Assembly (NCBI GenBank): GCA_903945195.1
Contig: CAJAUT010000009.1
Coordinates: 23,231-87,230 of the forward strand
Source: an uncultured bacterium
GTDB taxonomy: Bacteria > Patescibacteriota > Microgenomatia > UBA1400 > UBA12108
DNA length: 64,000 nucleotides
Direction of reading: 5' to 3'
Part shown: in pieces, positions 19,975-28,470 of the stretch
Layout of the letters: every line of letters begins with the position of its first letter
Position numbering within the stretch: position 1 is the first letter of the stretch
Program-made: the position numbers and the translations under genes
Notes under the pieces: model-generated
The model's database searches: none
What the model was told of the DNA's origin: nothing
What the model saw: the letters and a program-made list of their open reading frames with translations, nothing else

Positions 19975-20011
19975 TTGACAACTATGGAGTGTAACGTTAT
20001 ACTTTATAGTT
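19975..20011 (+). promoter_or_regulatory. Promoter with overlapping 32-bp dyad (putative Fic-MerR operator)
   Basis: TTGACA-17-TATACT; dyad AACTATGGAGTGTAAC|GTTATACTTTATAGTT with 3 mismatches. Confidence 0.65.
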
Positions 20012-20992
20012 ATGAAGAGAATTGATGATTTACTATCAGAGATAGAAAAAAAGAAACAAAAGCTCAGTGAGCTGGGTAGATTGTCTAGCGTGACGAAGCA
20101 AAATCTGGATGATTGGTACAAGATAGAACTCACATACTCTAGTAATGCTATCGAGGGCAATACCCTCTCTAGAGCAGAAACCGCACTTGTAGTAGATAAA
20201 GGATTAACTGTTGCGGGCAAGTCGATTCAAGAACATCTAGAGGCTAGTAATCATGCTCAGGCATGGGAATGGATTATAAACCGAGTCTCAAAGAATAATT
20301 ATATTTTTAGAGAAAATGATTTGCTTGAGCTACATCAGATAATTTTGCGTCGAATTGATGAGACAAATGCGGGCAAATATCGAAATGTTCCAGTTAGGAT
20401 CGCTGGATCGCGAGTGATTTTGCCGAACCCTGTGAAGGTATCAAATTTAATGAAGGTGTACTTTGAGTGGCTTTTGGGAGAGCATAATAATTCTGTACTG
20501 AGAGCTTGTGATGCTCATTATAAACTTGTAAGTATTCACCCTTTTACGGACGGCAATGGACGGACTGCACGACTAGTTATGAATTTGTTGCTACTAAGCA
20601 GTGGATACCCACCCATAATTGTGAGAAAAGAAGATAGACACGAATATCTAACTAGTTTGGAGACTGCACAGCTTGGGGGGGCTCTAGATAAGTATTATCA
20701 ATTAATGTTGGAGGGTTTATCTAGATCTCTTGATATTTATCTAGAAGCTACAGGAGCAAAAATACAAGTTGACAAAAAACTACTTAAAATGGGAGAGCTT
20801 GCAAAAATCACAGGAGAGAGCGTGCCAACTATCAGATACTGGGTAAAAATGGGACTGCTGCCTGTTACTGGTGAGACTAAGGGTGGATATCAGTTGTTTA
20901 CTCGTGAGCTAGTGAAAAGAGTAGATAAAATTCGAGAACTTCAGAGAGAGAAAAGATTGAGTTTGGAAGAGATAGCGCAAGAGCTAAGTTAA
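20012..20992 (+). CDS. Fic protein fused to C-terminal MerR-type HTH
   Basis: SNAIEGN, HPFTDGNGRTAR; C-terminal MGELAKITGESVPTIRYWVKMGLL..GGYQLF. Confidence 0.88.
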   Translation: MKRIDDLLSEIEKKKQKLSELGRLSSVTKQNLDDWYKIELTYSSNAIEGNTLSRAETALVVDKGLTVAGKSIQEHLEASNHAQAWEWIINRVSKNNYIFRENDLLELHQIILRRIDETNAGKYRNVPVRIAGSRVILPNPVKVSNLMKVYFEWLLGEHNNSVLRACDAHYKLVSIHPFTDGNGRTARLVMNLLLLSSGYPPIIVRKEDRHEYLTSLETAQLGGALDKYYQLMLEGLSRSLDIYLEATGAKIQVDKKLLKMGELAKITGESVPTIRYWVKMGLLPVTGETKGGYQLFTRELVKRVDKIRELQREKRLSLEEIAQELS

Positions 20993-21174
20993 TTCACCGT
21001 TTTTGATTTTGACTGTAATTTATTGGCCTCCGCAAAGGCTGTCTGTAATTCCTCATAGCTTAGGTCATAGCCACGCTCTTGAGCTTTCTTCATGGCCTGG
21101 CATATGGGACAGTCGTCAAATAAATCTTCATTATTAATTTTTTTTGACTTAGGATTTTTTGTTTTTGGGAACAT
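20989..21174 (-). CDS. Small hypothetical protein (CPIC motif)
   Basis: 61-aa ORF, FDDCPICQAMK; TATACT 6 nt upstream of ATG. Confidence 0.55.
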   Translation of the reverse strand: MFPKTKNPKSKKINNEDLFDDCPICQAMKKAQERGYDLSYEELQTAFAEANKLQSKSKTVN

Positions 21175-21202
21175 ATTTTAAGTATAACTAATATTGAAAA
21201 AG

Positions 21203-21231
21203 TTGACAATAATTAGGTAACATGTTACTTT
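21203..21231 (+). promoter_or_regulatory. TA promoter with operator palindrome
   Basis: TTGACA-17-TACTTT-6-ATG; GTAACATGTTAC palindrome 21217-21228. Confidence 0.65.
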
Positions 21232-21237
21232 GTATTT

Positions 21238-21486
21238 ATGCTAACACAAAGAACAAATGTATTATTGTCGCCTGATGAACATGGGATGCTCTTGGCGTTA
21301 TCAAAAGAACATAGAAAAACTATGGGAGAGCTCATTCGCCAGGCTATTAAAAAAACCTACGGGACAAAAGCTAAAGATTCTTTTGAGGCGTCTTTTGCTA
21401 GAATCAGAAAGCTAACTAAGGGAGTGAATGTGACGCGCAAAGAGTTGCGAGAGTGGGTGGTAGAGGGAAGAAAGTATGAAGAATAA
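21238..21486 (+). CDS. Ribbon-helix-helix antitoxin
   Basis: RTNVLL...L..LSKEHRKTMGELIRQAI; overlaps PIN gene. Confidence 0.75.
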   Translation: MLTQRTNVLLSPDEHGMLLALSKEHRKTMGELIRQAIKKTYGTKAKDSFEASFARIRKLTKGVNVTRKELREWVVEGRKYEE

Positions 21487-21841
21487 GTCTGTGGTCGTGG
21501 ATGCTAGTTATGTGCTTGACCTGTTATTACCTGACGAAAAGAAGTCTGGAGCGGAACTATTGCATGCTATTTCGCCACAACTACTAGTATTTGAAGTGAC
21601 CAATGCAATAAAAATGGCGGTCGTGCGAAAGCGAATCACGGCAAAAGTTGCACATATTTTAATAAACGAGTTCTTAGGATGGAGAATTAAATTGTTAGAT
21701 GTACAACCTAACGCAGTGTTGAACTTAGCCATGGAAAAAGGTTTGGCGGTGTATGATGCGAGCTACCTGTGGCTTGCGAACGAACAAAAAGCAGAATTGC
21801 TGACGTGGGACAAAAAATTGAAGAACGCTGCTAGCGCATGA
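21476..21841 (+). CDS. PIN-domain (VapC-like) toxin
   Basis: VVVDAS, EVTNA, YDASYL, LLTWDKKL. Confidence 0.85.
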   Translation: MKNKSVVVDASYVLDLLLPDEKKSGAELLHAISPQLLVFEVTNAIKMAVVRKRITAKVAHILINEFLGWRIKLLDVQPNAVLNLAMEKGLAVYDASYLWLANEQKAELLTWDKKLKNAASA

Positions 21842-21854
21842 GTTAGATCTGAAC

Positions 21855-22661
21855 TTAGGCAAGTTGGGCGGCGCCGTGATCGTCTAGCACTTTAAACTTT
21901 TTAGCATTTGACCAGAGCTGTTCAAAAAGTTGGCGTTGCATGTCGGCGAGTTCCTGAGAATGTATTTCTACGCAAAAGATCTCCTCACCTATATAGCGAT
22001 ACATACAATAGACATCGTTGTAAATTAAAATTTCAAATTGGAATGATTTACCCAGGTGGCGAATCTCACAGTATTTGCGTACCATCTCACTTACATCTGT
22101 CCAAGGATCTAAATGAGTGATGCTAGTCAAAGTGCGGATGTGGATTTTATTTTCCACAAACCTAGTACGCAACTTCTCTGCCTCTTCCTTGTCCATAAAT
22201 TCGTTCATTGTGCCTAGCTCATAAGTTAGCAATTCTCCTTTGGCACGAAGTGAGTTATACGTAACTTGCTTTAGTCCCTCTTCGCCGTGGTAGTAGAGGA
22301 CCTCTGACCTAGGGGACGGACCCCTAGGGATGATTTCAGTGAGTTTGGACTGGAGAATTGGAAGCGAGACTCTAAGCTTGTCTAGCTCGTGCTCGCGATC
22401 AGAGAGGAGGAGATCAAGTTGATCAGGAGACAAGGCGGTAAATTTAGTTCCCCTCTCCCCCAACCTGGTAATTACGAGACCACGGGCAATAAGGCTGTCT
22501 AATATTCTGTACACTTTGGTACGAGCTATTTGTAGCCTACGAGATATGAGTAGGGCCGTATTTCCCCTACCTGACAATATCTCCAGATATATTTTGGCTT
22601 CTAACTCATTTATCCCAAACTGAGTGAGAAGTGTGATGATAGTGTCTACTTTTTCGGACAT
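21855..22661 (-). CDS. TrmB-family transcriptional regulator (paralogue 2)
   Basis: FGINELEAKIY..ISRRLQIARTKVYRIL..RGLV; YYHGEEGLKQ; IYND; EIHSQELA..F..LW. Confidence 0.85.
   Translation of the reverse strand: MSEKVDTIITLLTQFGINELEAKIYLEILSGRGNTALLISRRLQIARTKVYRILDSLIARGLVITRLGERGTKFTALSPDQLDLLLSDREHELDKLRVSLPILQSKLTEIIPRGPSPRSEVLYYHGEEGLKQVTYNSLRAKGELLTYELGTMNEFMDKEEAEKLRTRFVENKIHIRTLTSITHLDPWTDVSEMVRKYCEIRHLGKSFQFEILIYNDVYCMYRYIGEEIFCVEIHSQELADMQRQLFEQLWSNAKKFKVLDDHGAAQLA
22643..22660. promoter_or_regulatory. Putative TrmB-2 operator
   Basis: Imperfect dyad TGTCta-N6-cgGACA overlapping the start codon. Confidence 0.4.
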
Positions 22662-22700
22662 CAGATTGAATTGTAAAGTATATTACCTTAAAATCAAGTC

Positions 22701-23585
22701 ATGAACAAAAAGTCGTTGGGAACAAGTTACATATTAATCTCGGCTCTATTTTACGGGAGCTATGGCATATGGTCACGCCTAATGGTGGGTGCGTTTGGAG
22801 AGTTTTCGCAGGCATGGACACGCGGACTATTGCTACTTGTTGTGGTCCTATTACTAAACTGGAAACTAAAATTTATCAGGAAAATTGAGAAGAAAGACTG
22901 GAAGTGGTTTTTGGCCATTGCGATAGCTGGCGGAATAAACCAGGCACCATACTTCCTAGGCTTTGAACATTTATCCATTGGTACTGCCACACTACTTTTT
23001 TATGCATCACTGGTAGTTGGTGGGTATATCCTGGGCAAGATATTCTTTAATGAGCGCATGACAGTGGTAAAAATAGTTAGCTTACTAGTCGCAATTTTTG
23101 GCATGGTGTTGATCTACGGCTTTACACTTACCCCTAGTCAAGTGTTTCCGGCAAGTATGACTGTGCTGGCTGGGTTACTTGGTTCAAGCACGGTGATACT
23201 TTCCAAAAAATTGGTAGGTAACTATCATGAGCTCCAGATCATGCTTGGATATTTTATCTGTCAGGTATTATTTAACTACCCGATGGCCCTGATTCTAGGA
23301 GACGCACTACCAGTACTGCAGATCAGCACTCCATGGCTAGGGCAACTTGGATATGCTATTGCGATGATGCTGGCCAATATGGCAGCGATCACTGGATTTG
23401 GATATCTAGATCCTAGTATTGGCAGTTTGATCGGACTGGCCGAGATACTATTTGGAGTGATATTTGGAGTGCTAATTTTTGGAGAGGTGCTTGGGGCTGG
23501 AGTAATAGCTGGTGGGATATGCATCATTTTGGCGGCAGCACTACCTAGTTTGGTGGAAATGAAACAAAAGACTATTTGGATTTAG
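22701..23585 (+). CDS. DMT/EamA family transporter
   Basis: ~10 TM with two EamA-like halves; divergent from TrmB-2. Confidence 0.85.
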   Translation: MNKKSLGTSYILISALFYGSYGIWSRLMVGAFGEFSQAWTRGLLLLVVVLLLNWKLKFIRKIEKKDWKWFLAIAIAGGINQAPYFLGFEHLSIGTATLLFYASLVVGGYILGKIFFNERMTVVKIVSLLVAIFGMVLIYGFTLTPSQVFPASMTVLAGLLGSSTVILSKKLVGNYHELQIMLGYFICQVLFNYPMALILGDALPVLQISTPWLGQLGYAIAMMLANMAAITGFGYLDPSIGSLIGLAEILFGVIFGVLIFGEVLGAGVIAGGICIILAAALPSLVEMKQKTIWI

Positions 23586-24318
23586 CGCGGGCAAGCTCAT
23601 CGGTTAGGAGCATGGTGAGATCAGGGATGATTTGATCGACTTCGAATTTGAAGTTTTTGGGAGGGAGAAGAGGATTTAGGTCTACATAGAGATCGCTTGC
23701 TTTAAGAGTATTTTTGACAAAATCTAGCAATCTTCTTATATGCTCTTCATACGAGGTGCCCATCCGCTCCTCTACTACTGCCCTGTTTACGGGGAGGCCG
23801 GCAACCATAAATTCGCGCAAATCGAAAAAGTCTCTACCTGCCGCGCGACCTTTTTCGTCGTAACGGTTTAATGCAGCTACAAATTTATTGGCGACCATAG
23901 TGGATATGGTCTGTACGCGGCAGACAAGACCAAGCTCTTTTAGAGTAACTGTCTCGTACTCGTTTGCTGGACTGATGCGATCACTAACTTCTAGTTTTAG
24001 GGTATTTCTTTGCGAGCCAGTCGCCTCATACTTTAGAAAAAATTGTAAGTGATGCTGGCTTTCGTCTGATACGCGAAATTTTAGTTTTGTAAAAAGTAGG
24101 TGAAGTTTATCTTTGATTTTGGATTGTAAAATTGCGTCAGTCGTCAAGATATCAAAATCTAGATCTATGGAGAACCTATTTATGAGTCCCATGATTGCGG
24201 CGTAGGACCCACCTTTAAAATACAGTGAATTGGCAATAATTGGATCTTTGAGCATGGCGGTCAAGAGCTTGAACATGTTGGATTTGTGGCGCATGTCCAT
24301 AGATTTAGGTACTAGCAT
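23572..24318 (-). CDS. AbiEii-family nucleotidyltransferase toxin
   Basis: FKGGS, RFSIDLDF, ANKFVA, GRDFFD. Confidence 0.85.
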   Translation of the reverse strand: MLVPKSMDMRHKSNMFKLLTAMLKDPIIANSLYFKGGSYAAIMGLINRFSIDLDFDILTTDAILQSKIKDKLHLLFTKLKFRVSDESQHHLQFFLKYEATGSQRNTLKLEVSDRISPANEYETVTLKELGLVCRVQTISTMVANKFVAALNRYDEKGRAAGRDFFDLREFMVAGLPVNRAVVEERMGTSYEEHIRRLLDFVKNTLKASDLYVDLNPLLPPKNFKFEVDQIIPDLTMLLTDELARAKSK

Positions 24319-24847
24319 AGATGTCCTCTCCTTCTACAACTTTGGCTAATTCTGGATTATCGATATATTTGCCTGGCAATATATGACGCATGTCCGATAG
24401 GGCGCGACCAGGAGAGGCTACTGAATAACGCGAGTTGTCAACGATCCCACTGCGGTTGATGAGATAATCACTGCGGAGATAGCGACAGTAGAAATCATGA
24501 TCACCTAGTGAAAATTCTTTGGTTTTTTTGCCGAATAAGGTAATTTTGGTGGGAAGTTGATTGATGGCGCCTATATTGCTCAAGATGGTTTCTGCAGAAA
24601 CATATGAGAGCGAGCCAGATACGGCACAGCCATACTCAAATATGTCTAATTTAACACTTGGGACAGTAGAGTAGAGTCCACGCGCCAACCTATGCAATAC
24701 TCCACGCTTGACCAGACGGCTAGTGGTGACAAGGAGAGTGTTTTGATTCTGCACTCCCCAGAGTACGGCGAGTTCGCTAGTGCGAAAAGTGCGCTTGTCC
24801 TGAGATAAGAGTAGTTGAATGTAGTTTGTGTTTCTGGATATGTACAT
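24305..24847 (-). CDS. AbiEi-like antitoxin
   Basis: N-terminal wHTH, RLARGLY, SYVSAET, ASPGRALSD; overlaps abiEii. Confidence 0.8.
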   Translation of the reverse strand: MYISRNTNYIQLLLSQDKRTFRTSELAVLWGVQNQNTLLVTTSRLVKRGVLHRLARGLYSTVPSVKLDIFEYGCAVSGSLSYVSAETILSNIGAINQLPTKITLFGKKTKEFSLGDHDFYCRYLRSDYLINRSGIVDNSRYSVASPGRALSDMRHILPGKYIDNPELAKVVEGEDIYAST

Positions 24848-24859
24848 ATAAGTACATAT
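24838..24859. promoter_or_regulatory. AbiE autoregulatory operator
   Basis: Perfect dyad ATATGTAC-N6-GTACATAT over the antitoxin start codon. Confidence 0.6.
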
Positions 24860-24894
24860 TAGGGAATATGTGCGGATTTGTCAAGTGAGAATTT

Positions 24895-25632
24895 TCAGGC
24901 GTGGAATTGTTCTGTAATTGGTTTATCTTTGGCAATTACAAATATTTGTCCGGTTATCTGATCTGACTCTAAAGAACAGAGTTTTACAGCAAAGCTAGCA
25001 ATTTCTGCTGGGTCTACTCCATCATCATAATACTGAGGGAAGTATTGTTTATATGGAGCTGTTGCGACGTCGTTTGGTGAGATAGCATTTACTTGGATAT
25101 CTTTATCCATCAATTCTATTGATAGGCCAATCGTCAAATCTTCAATGGCTCTTTTTGAGACAAAATATGGAGTCCATCCCTTTATAAGATCGCCAAAAAC
25201 TCCGGAAATATTTATAATTTTTGACTTAGGTGGCATGAGAGGAACAAATGCGTGAGCCAACAGGGTTGGCGCCATGAGACCAACCATCATAGTATCTGAA
25301 ACGACTGATTGTGGGAAAGTATCAAAGTCGCGACCGGCAAAGACCTCATTTTCACCGTGCCAAATGGCGGCTGCATTTACTAGAACATCAATCTGTTTTG
25401 TGTCTGTTTTGATTTCATCAATTAGTTTATTGATCCCTTCAAAAGTGTTTAGATCTGCTGTGAAAATCCTACTGCCCCCCCCTGCTGCATCAACTTTTGA
25501 TTTAATATCCTCCAACCTCTTTTGGTTGCGGCCAACTAGGGCGACAAAATATCCTGCCCTGGAGAGTTCGATAGCAATAGCTCCGCCTATTCCAGAGCTA
25601 GCACCTGTCACCACTGCGTATTTTTTAGACAT
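24895..25632 (-). CDS. SDR family oxidoreductase
   Basis: TGASSGIG, VNAA, YFVSK (YxxxK), VNAISP. Confidence 0.9.
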   Translation of the reverse strand: MSKKYAVVTGASSGIGGAIAIELSRAGYFVALVGRNQKRLEDIKSKVDAAGGGSRIFTADLNTFEGINKLIDEIKTDTKQIDVLVNAAAIWHGENEVFAGRDFDTFPQSVVSDTMMVGLMAPTLLAHAFVPLMPPKSKIINISGVFGDLIKGWTPYFVSKRAIEDLTIGLSIELMDKDIQVNAISPNDVATAPYKQYFPQYYDDGVDPAEIASFAVKLCSLESDQITGQIFVIAKDKPITEQFHA

Positions 25633-25683
25633 GAAGTTATTTTAACAGTTGTTCGAGCTGGCGTGGGAGAAGGCGAAGAAGAT

Positions 25684-25986
25684 TTAGGTATTTGGCACAA
25701 TAGTCTGCCCGGTGGCGTAGCGATGAAGGATGCTAGAGGCAAGAGTTTGGTATGGCATACCTAGACGAGCTGCCGACTCCCTGAGCTTGATTAGCGTAGT
25801 TGGTTGTAGACGAATGTTGATGTTTTTTGATTTGAGAAGTTGATTAGTAAGTTTTGCAGAGCGTCTAAGTTTCTCAATCTCCTTTTTTGCGTTTGGAACT
25901 GGCTTCCATTCCCCGCGGTTGACGGAATCAAGTAATTCTTGTTCGTCGGGATCTAATGGAAAAATAGGTTCTAGTATTGTTTTCAT
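25684..25986 (-). CDS. CopG/BrnA-like antitoxin
   Basis: KSKNINIRL...GMPYQTLASSILH. Confidence 0.8.
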   Translation of the reverse strand: MKTILEPIFPLDPDEQELLDSVNRGEWKPVPNAKKEIEKLRRSAKLTNQLLKSKNINIRLQPTTLIKLRESAARLGMPYQTLASSILHRYATGQTIVPNT

Positions 25987-26272
25987 TTTGTCTCCTTTTC
26001 AATTTTGTTATATTTTTTATTAGCTTTGCGACTAGGGATAATGGTTTTGAGAAATATCCTTATGGCATCTTCGACGTACGGGACCATATAAATATATTCC
26101 CTAATCTTGACATAGAAGATTCTTTGATTAGGATATTTGGCCGGATTGTAATGAGGCAAGTCTTTAACATATCCCTCTTTGTCTAAGACGGCGACAATTT
26201 CTTCAAAGCCAATTTCCCTTAAAGTTATTAAAGTGCGATTTTGTCTGGATCCCACTCGATTGGTTTATCCAT
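25983..26272 (-). pseudogene. BrnT-like toxin, frameshifted
   Basis: ATG 26272 gives MDKPIEWDPDK then stops; one extra A at 26239-26242 joins it to NRTL...IGFEEIV...YPNQRIF..IFLKTIIPSRKA. Confidence 0.7.
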
Positions 26273-26361
26273 ATTTATATATTATGACAAATGATATGGA
26301 ATGTCAATATGTTGTAAAATTTGAAGGTGTCGCAGAAGTATAAGAGGTTTGAGAGGAAGGG

Positions 26362-27549
26362 TTAGGATTCTTTACTGATCTGGCGAGAGAGATAGAGGGC
26401 GGAAGGAAGGACTAGAACTATGCCGATAAAGGAGAAATATCCCAGAGTGGAGCTGGCACCGCCGCGCTCCATGAAGTAACCGATCAGAGGACCAGCGAGT
26501 GAGATAAGGACATTTCCCAGTAGAGAGATAGCCGATAAGCTGGTGGCGCGATATTTAGACTCTAGTTCGACGTTTTGAAGTCTTGTGAGGATAGGACTCC
26601 TGATACCATCGGACATTTTGCGCAAATAAACACTACTGACTGCACCAAATTTGTTTTCGATAAATGATAATGAGGAACCAATGGCTTGGAAGAGAGTCAA
26701 AACGACTGGGATGTTTTTGTTCCCCATTTTTAGAACTAATGGAATCAACTTGGTCCCAAAGGCTCTAATTAAATAGGTCCCTGAGACCAGTAAACCAAGC
26801 CAGGAGGCCGGAAACCCGCCGGCGGCGAGTCTAGGCTCATAAAGATACCAAAGGCCTGTGTAGGCGACGAAGTTGATGAGCACAGAAAAAAGTGAAACTG
26901 CTCGGATTTTTTCGTTTCTAAAGATGTGCATGAAACCTTCCCAGTTTTGCTTGAGATAGACTTTGAGGGTGAACTTTTCTGAGTCGATTCCTGGCTCCTC
27001 GAGTCCAAAAGCTAGAACTAAAGATATAAATGCGGCCAAGGCTGTAGCGATATATGGAAGCTGTATGTGAAGACTGTACAAAAAACCACCTAGGGCGCTA
27101 GACATGGCCATACCGATAGTGCACCAGAAAAAAGTATCTGCTTCTACTTTTTGATACTCCTCCTCTCCCCTGCCGTTTTCTTTCATGGAGTCAAAAAGGA
27201 GGGCTGAAAGTGCGCCAGACTCAAATGCCCAGTTAGCCAGATAGAGAATATTGCCTAGTAAGAACATCCATAAGTTGGTCGCAAAGATAAAGATAATAAA
27301 ACCTATGACTCCAAGTACGCGGCCAAAAATGACCGTATTTTTGCGACCCCAGAGATCGGCGAGGGCTCCCGATGGCAGCTCGAGGAGGAGCTGAATAAAG
27401 AGACTGATGGAGGTGATAAGTGCGATCTCTTCCCAGGAGAGATAGCTGCGCCAGATGAGTACCCAAACACCAATTGGGACAAAGAACCACTGAAAAATAG
27501 AGGTCCAAAGGAAGTATTTGATGTTATTTTTGTAGTTGGTTTTGGACAT
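26362..27549 (-). CDS. MFS transporter
   Basis: ELPSGALADLWGRK, SGALSALLFDSMK, KYRATSLS; start moved to ATG 27549. Confidence 0.9.
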   Translation of the reverse strand: MSKTNYKNNIKYFLWTSIFQWFFVPIGVWVLIWRSYLSWEEIALITSISLFIQLLLELPSGALADLWGRKNTVIFGRVLGVIGFIIFIFATNLWMFLLGNILYLANWAFESGALSALLFDSMKENGRGEEEYQKVEADTFFWCTIGMAMSSALGGFLYSLHIQLPYIATALAAFISLVLAFGLEEPGIDSEKFTLKVYLKQNWEGFMHIFRNEKIRAVSLFSVLINFVAYTGLWYLYEPRLAAGGFPASWLGLLVSGTYLIRAFGTKLIPLVLKMGNKNIPVVLTLFQAIGSSLSFIENKFGAVSSVYLRKMSDGIRSPILTRLQNVELESKYRATSLSAISLLGNVLISLAGPLIGYFMERGGASSTLGYFSFIGIVLVLPSALYLSRQISKES

Positions 27550-27565
27550 AGTATTTAATTGTATG

Positions 27566-27606
27566 TTATCCACATGTGTTTGTGGTTATCAACATGTTTA
27601 TCCACA
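27566..27606 (+). promoter_or_regulatory. DnaA-box cluster outside oriC
   Basis: TTATCCACA 27566, TTATCAACA 27586, TTATCCACA 27598. Confidence 0.7.
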
Positions 27607-27639
27607 TATTTTATCTGTTATTTTGAATATGTTAAACTG

Positions 27640-27659
27640 ATGTTCATAATGGTGAACAT
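27640..27659. promoter_or_regulatory. Putative TrmB-3 operator
   Basis: Perfect dyad ATGTTCA-N6-TGAACAT over the likely start codons (27649/27658). Confidence 0.55.
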
Positions 27660-28407
27660 GTCTTTGGCAAAAGTAATACAACAACTGAGACTTAGTGATA
27701 AACATGCTTTAGTTTATGAAGCATTAATGAAAAAACCCTATGCCACCCCACTAGAACTATCCAGAGCCACGAAGATAAATAGATCTTCTCTATATAGATA
27801 TCTGGAAGATTTACGGGAACTTGGGCTTGTCGAACTAGTGCTTGGAGATAAATCTAGTAGTTATAAAGTAAACCCAGGGGGACTCAATCACTACCTGCTA
27901 AGTGAAGAGTCTAGGGTAGAGAAACTGAAAAAGAGTATCCCCAAACTTGTCGAAGAACTAGTTGCCGTGAAGGCTGAAAATAGATCTGAAGTAAAGTACT
28001 TTGATGGGAGAGAGGGGCTCAAACAGATGCTATGGAATGTCGTAAATCAGAAAGATGAATTTTTAGGGCTTGGATACCAGAGCTGGAATGCCACGGTTGG
28101 GAAAAACTATGCCGACAAATTGAGACAAAAAATGCTGGATAACAAGTTGAGGTCACGGGAGATACTAAATGAAGTGGATGATAGCTTTGCTTTTACAGAT
28201 CTAGGCAAGGGCTACAGCCAGGTCTATGAACATAGGGCGATTGATCCAAAAATACTTCTGATCAACCATGACACATATATCTACGGCGATGTGTTTGCTT
28301 ACTACTATCACTATGAGGGTGAATATTTTGGGGTAGAGATCCACAATAAGGAGATTGCGCGGACAGAAAGACAGATGTTTGAAGTGTTGTGGGGGATGGC
28401 TAAGTAG
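27658..28407 (+). CDS. TrmB-family transcriptional regulator (paralogue 3)
   Basis: LSDKHALVY..LSRATKINRSSLYRYL..LGLV; YFDGREGLKQ; IYGD; EIHNKEIA..FEVLW; start 27649 or 27658. Confidence 0.85.
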   Translation: MSLAKVIQQLRLSDKHALVYEALMKKPYATPLELSRATKINRSSLYRYLEDLRELGLVELVLGDKSSSYKVNPGGLNHYLLSEESRVEKLKKSIPKLVEELVAVKAENRSEVKYFDGREGLKQMLWNVVNQKDEFLGLGYQSWNATVGKNYADKLRQKMLDNKLRSREILNEVDDSFAFTDLGKGYSQVYEHRAIDPKILLINHDTYIYGDVFAYYYHYEGEYFGVEIHNKEIARTERQMFEVLWGMAK

Positions 28408-28470
28408 TGCGTTGTCCAATCATGATTTAGTATAATGTTCTAAGTATATTTATAAAACTGTGGAGATATT

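Noticed and set aside
27559-27657. N-terminal extension MYVIHMCLWLSTCLST of TrmB-3 and MDNIQLNT of the MFS
   Set aside because: Translations of the DnaA-box and promoter region; downstream ATGs fit the family N-termini
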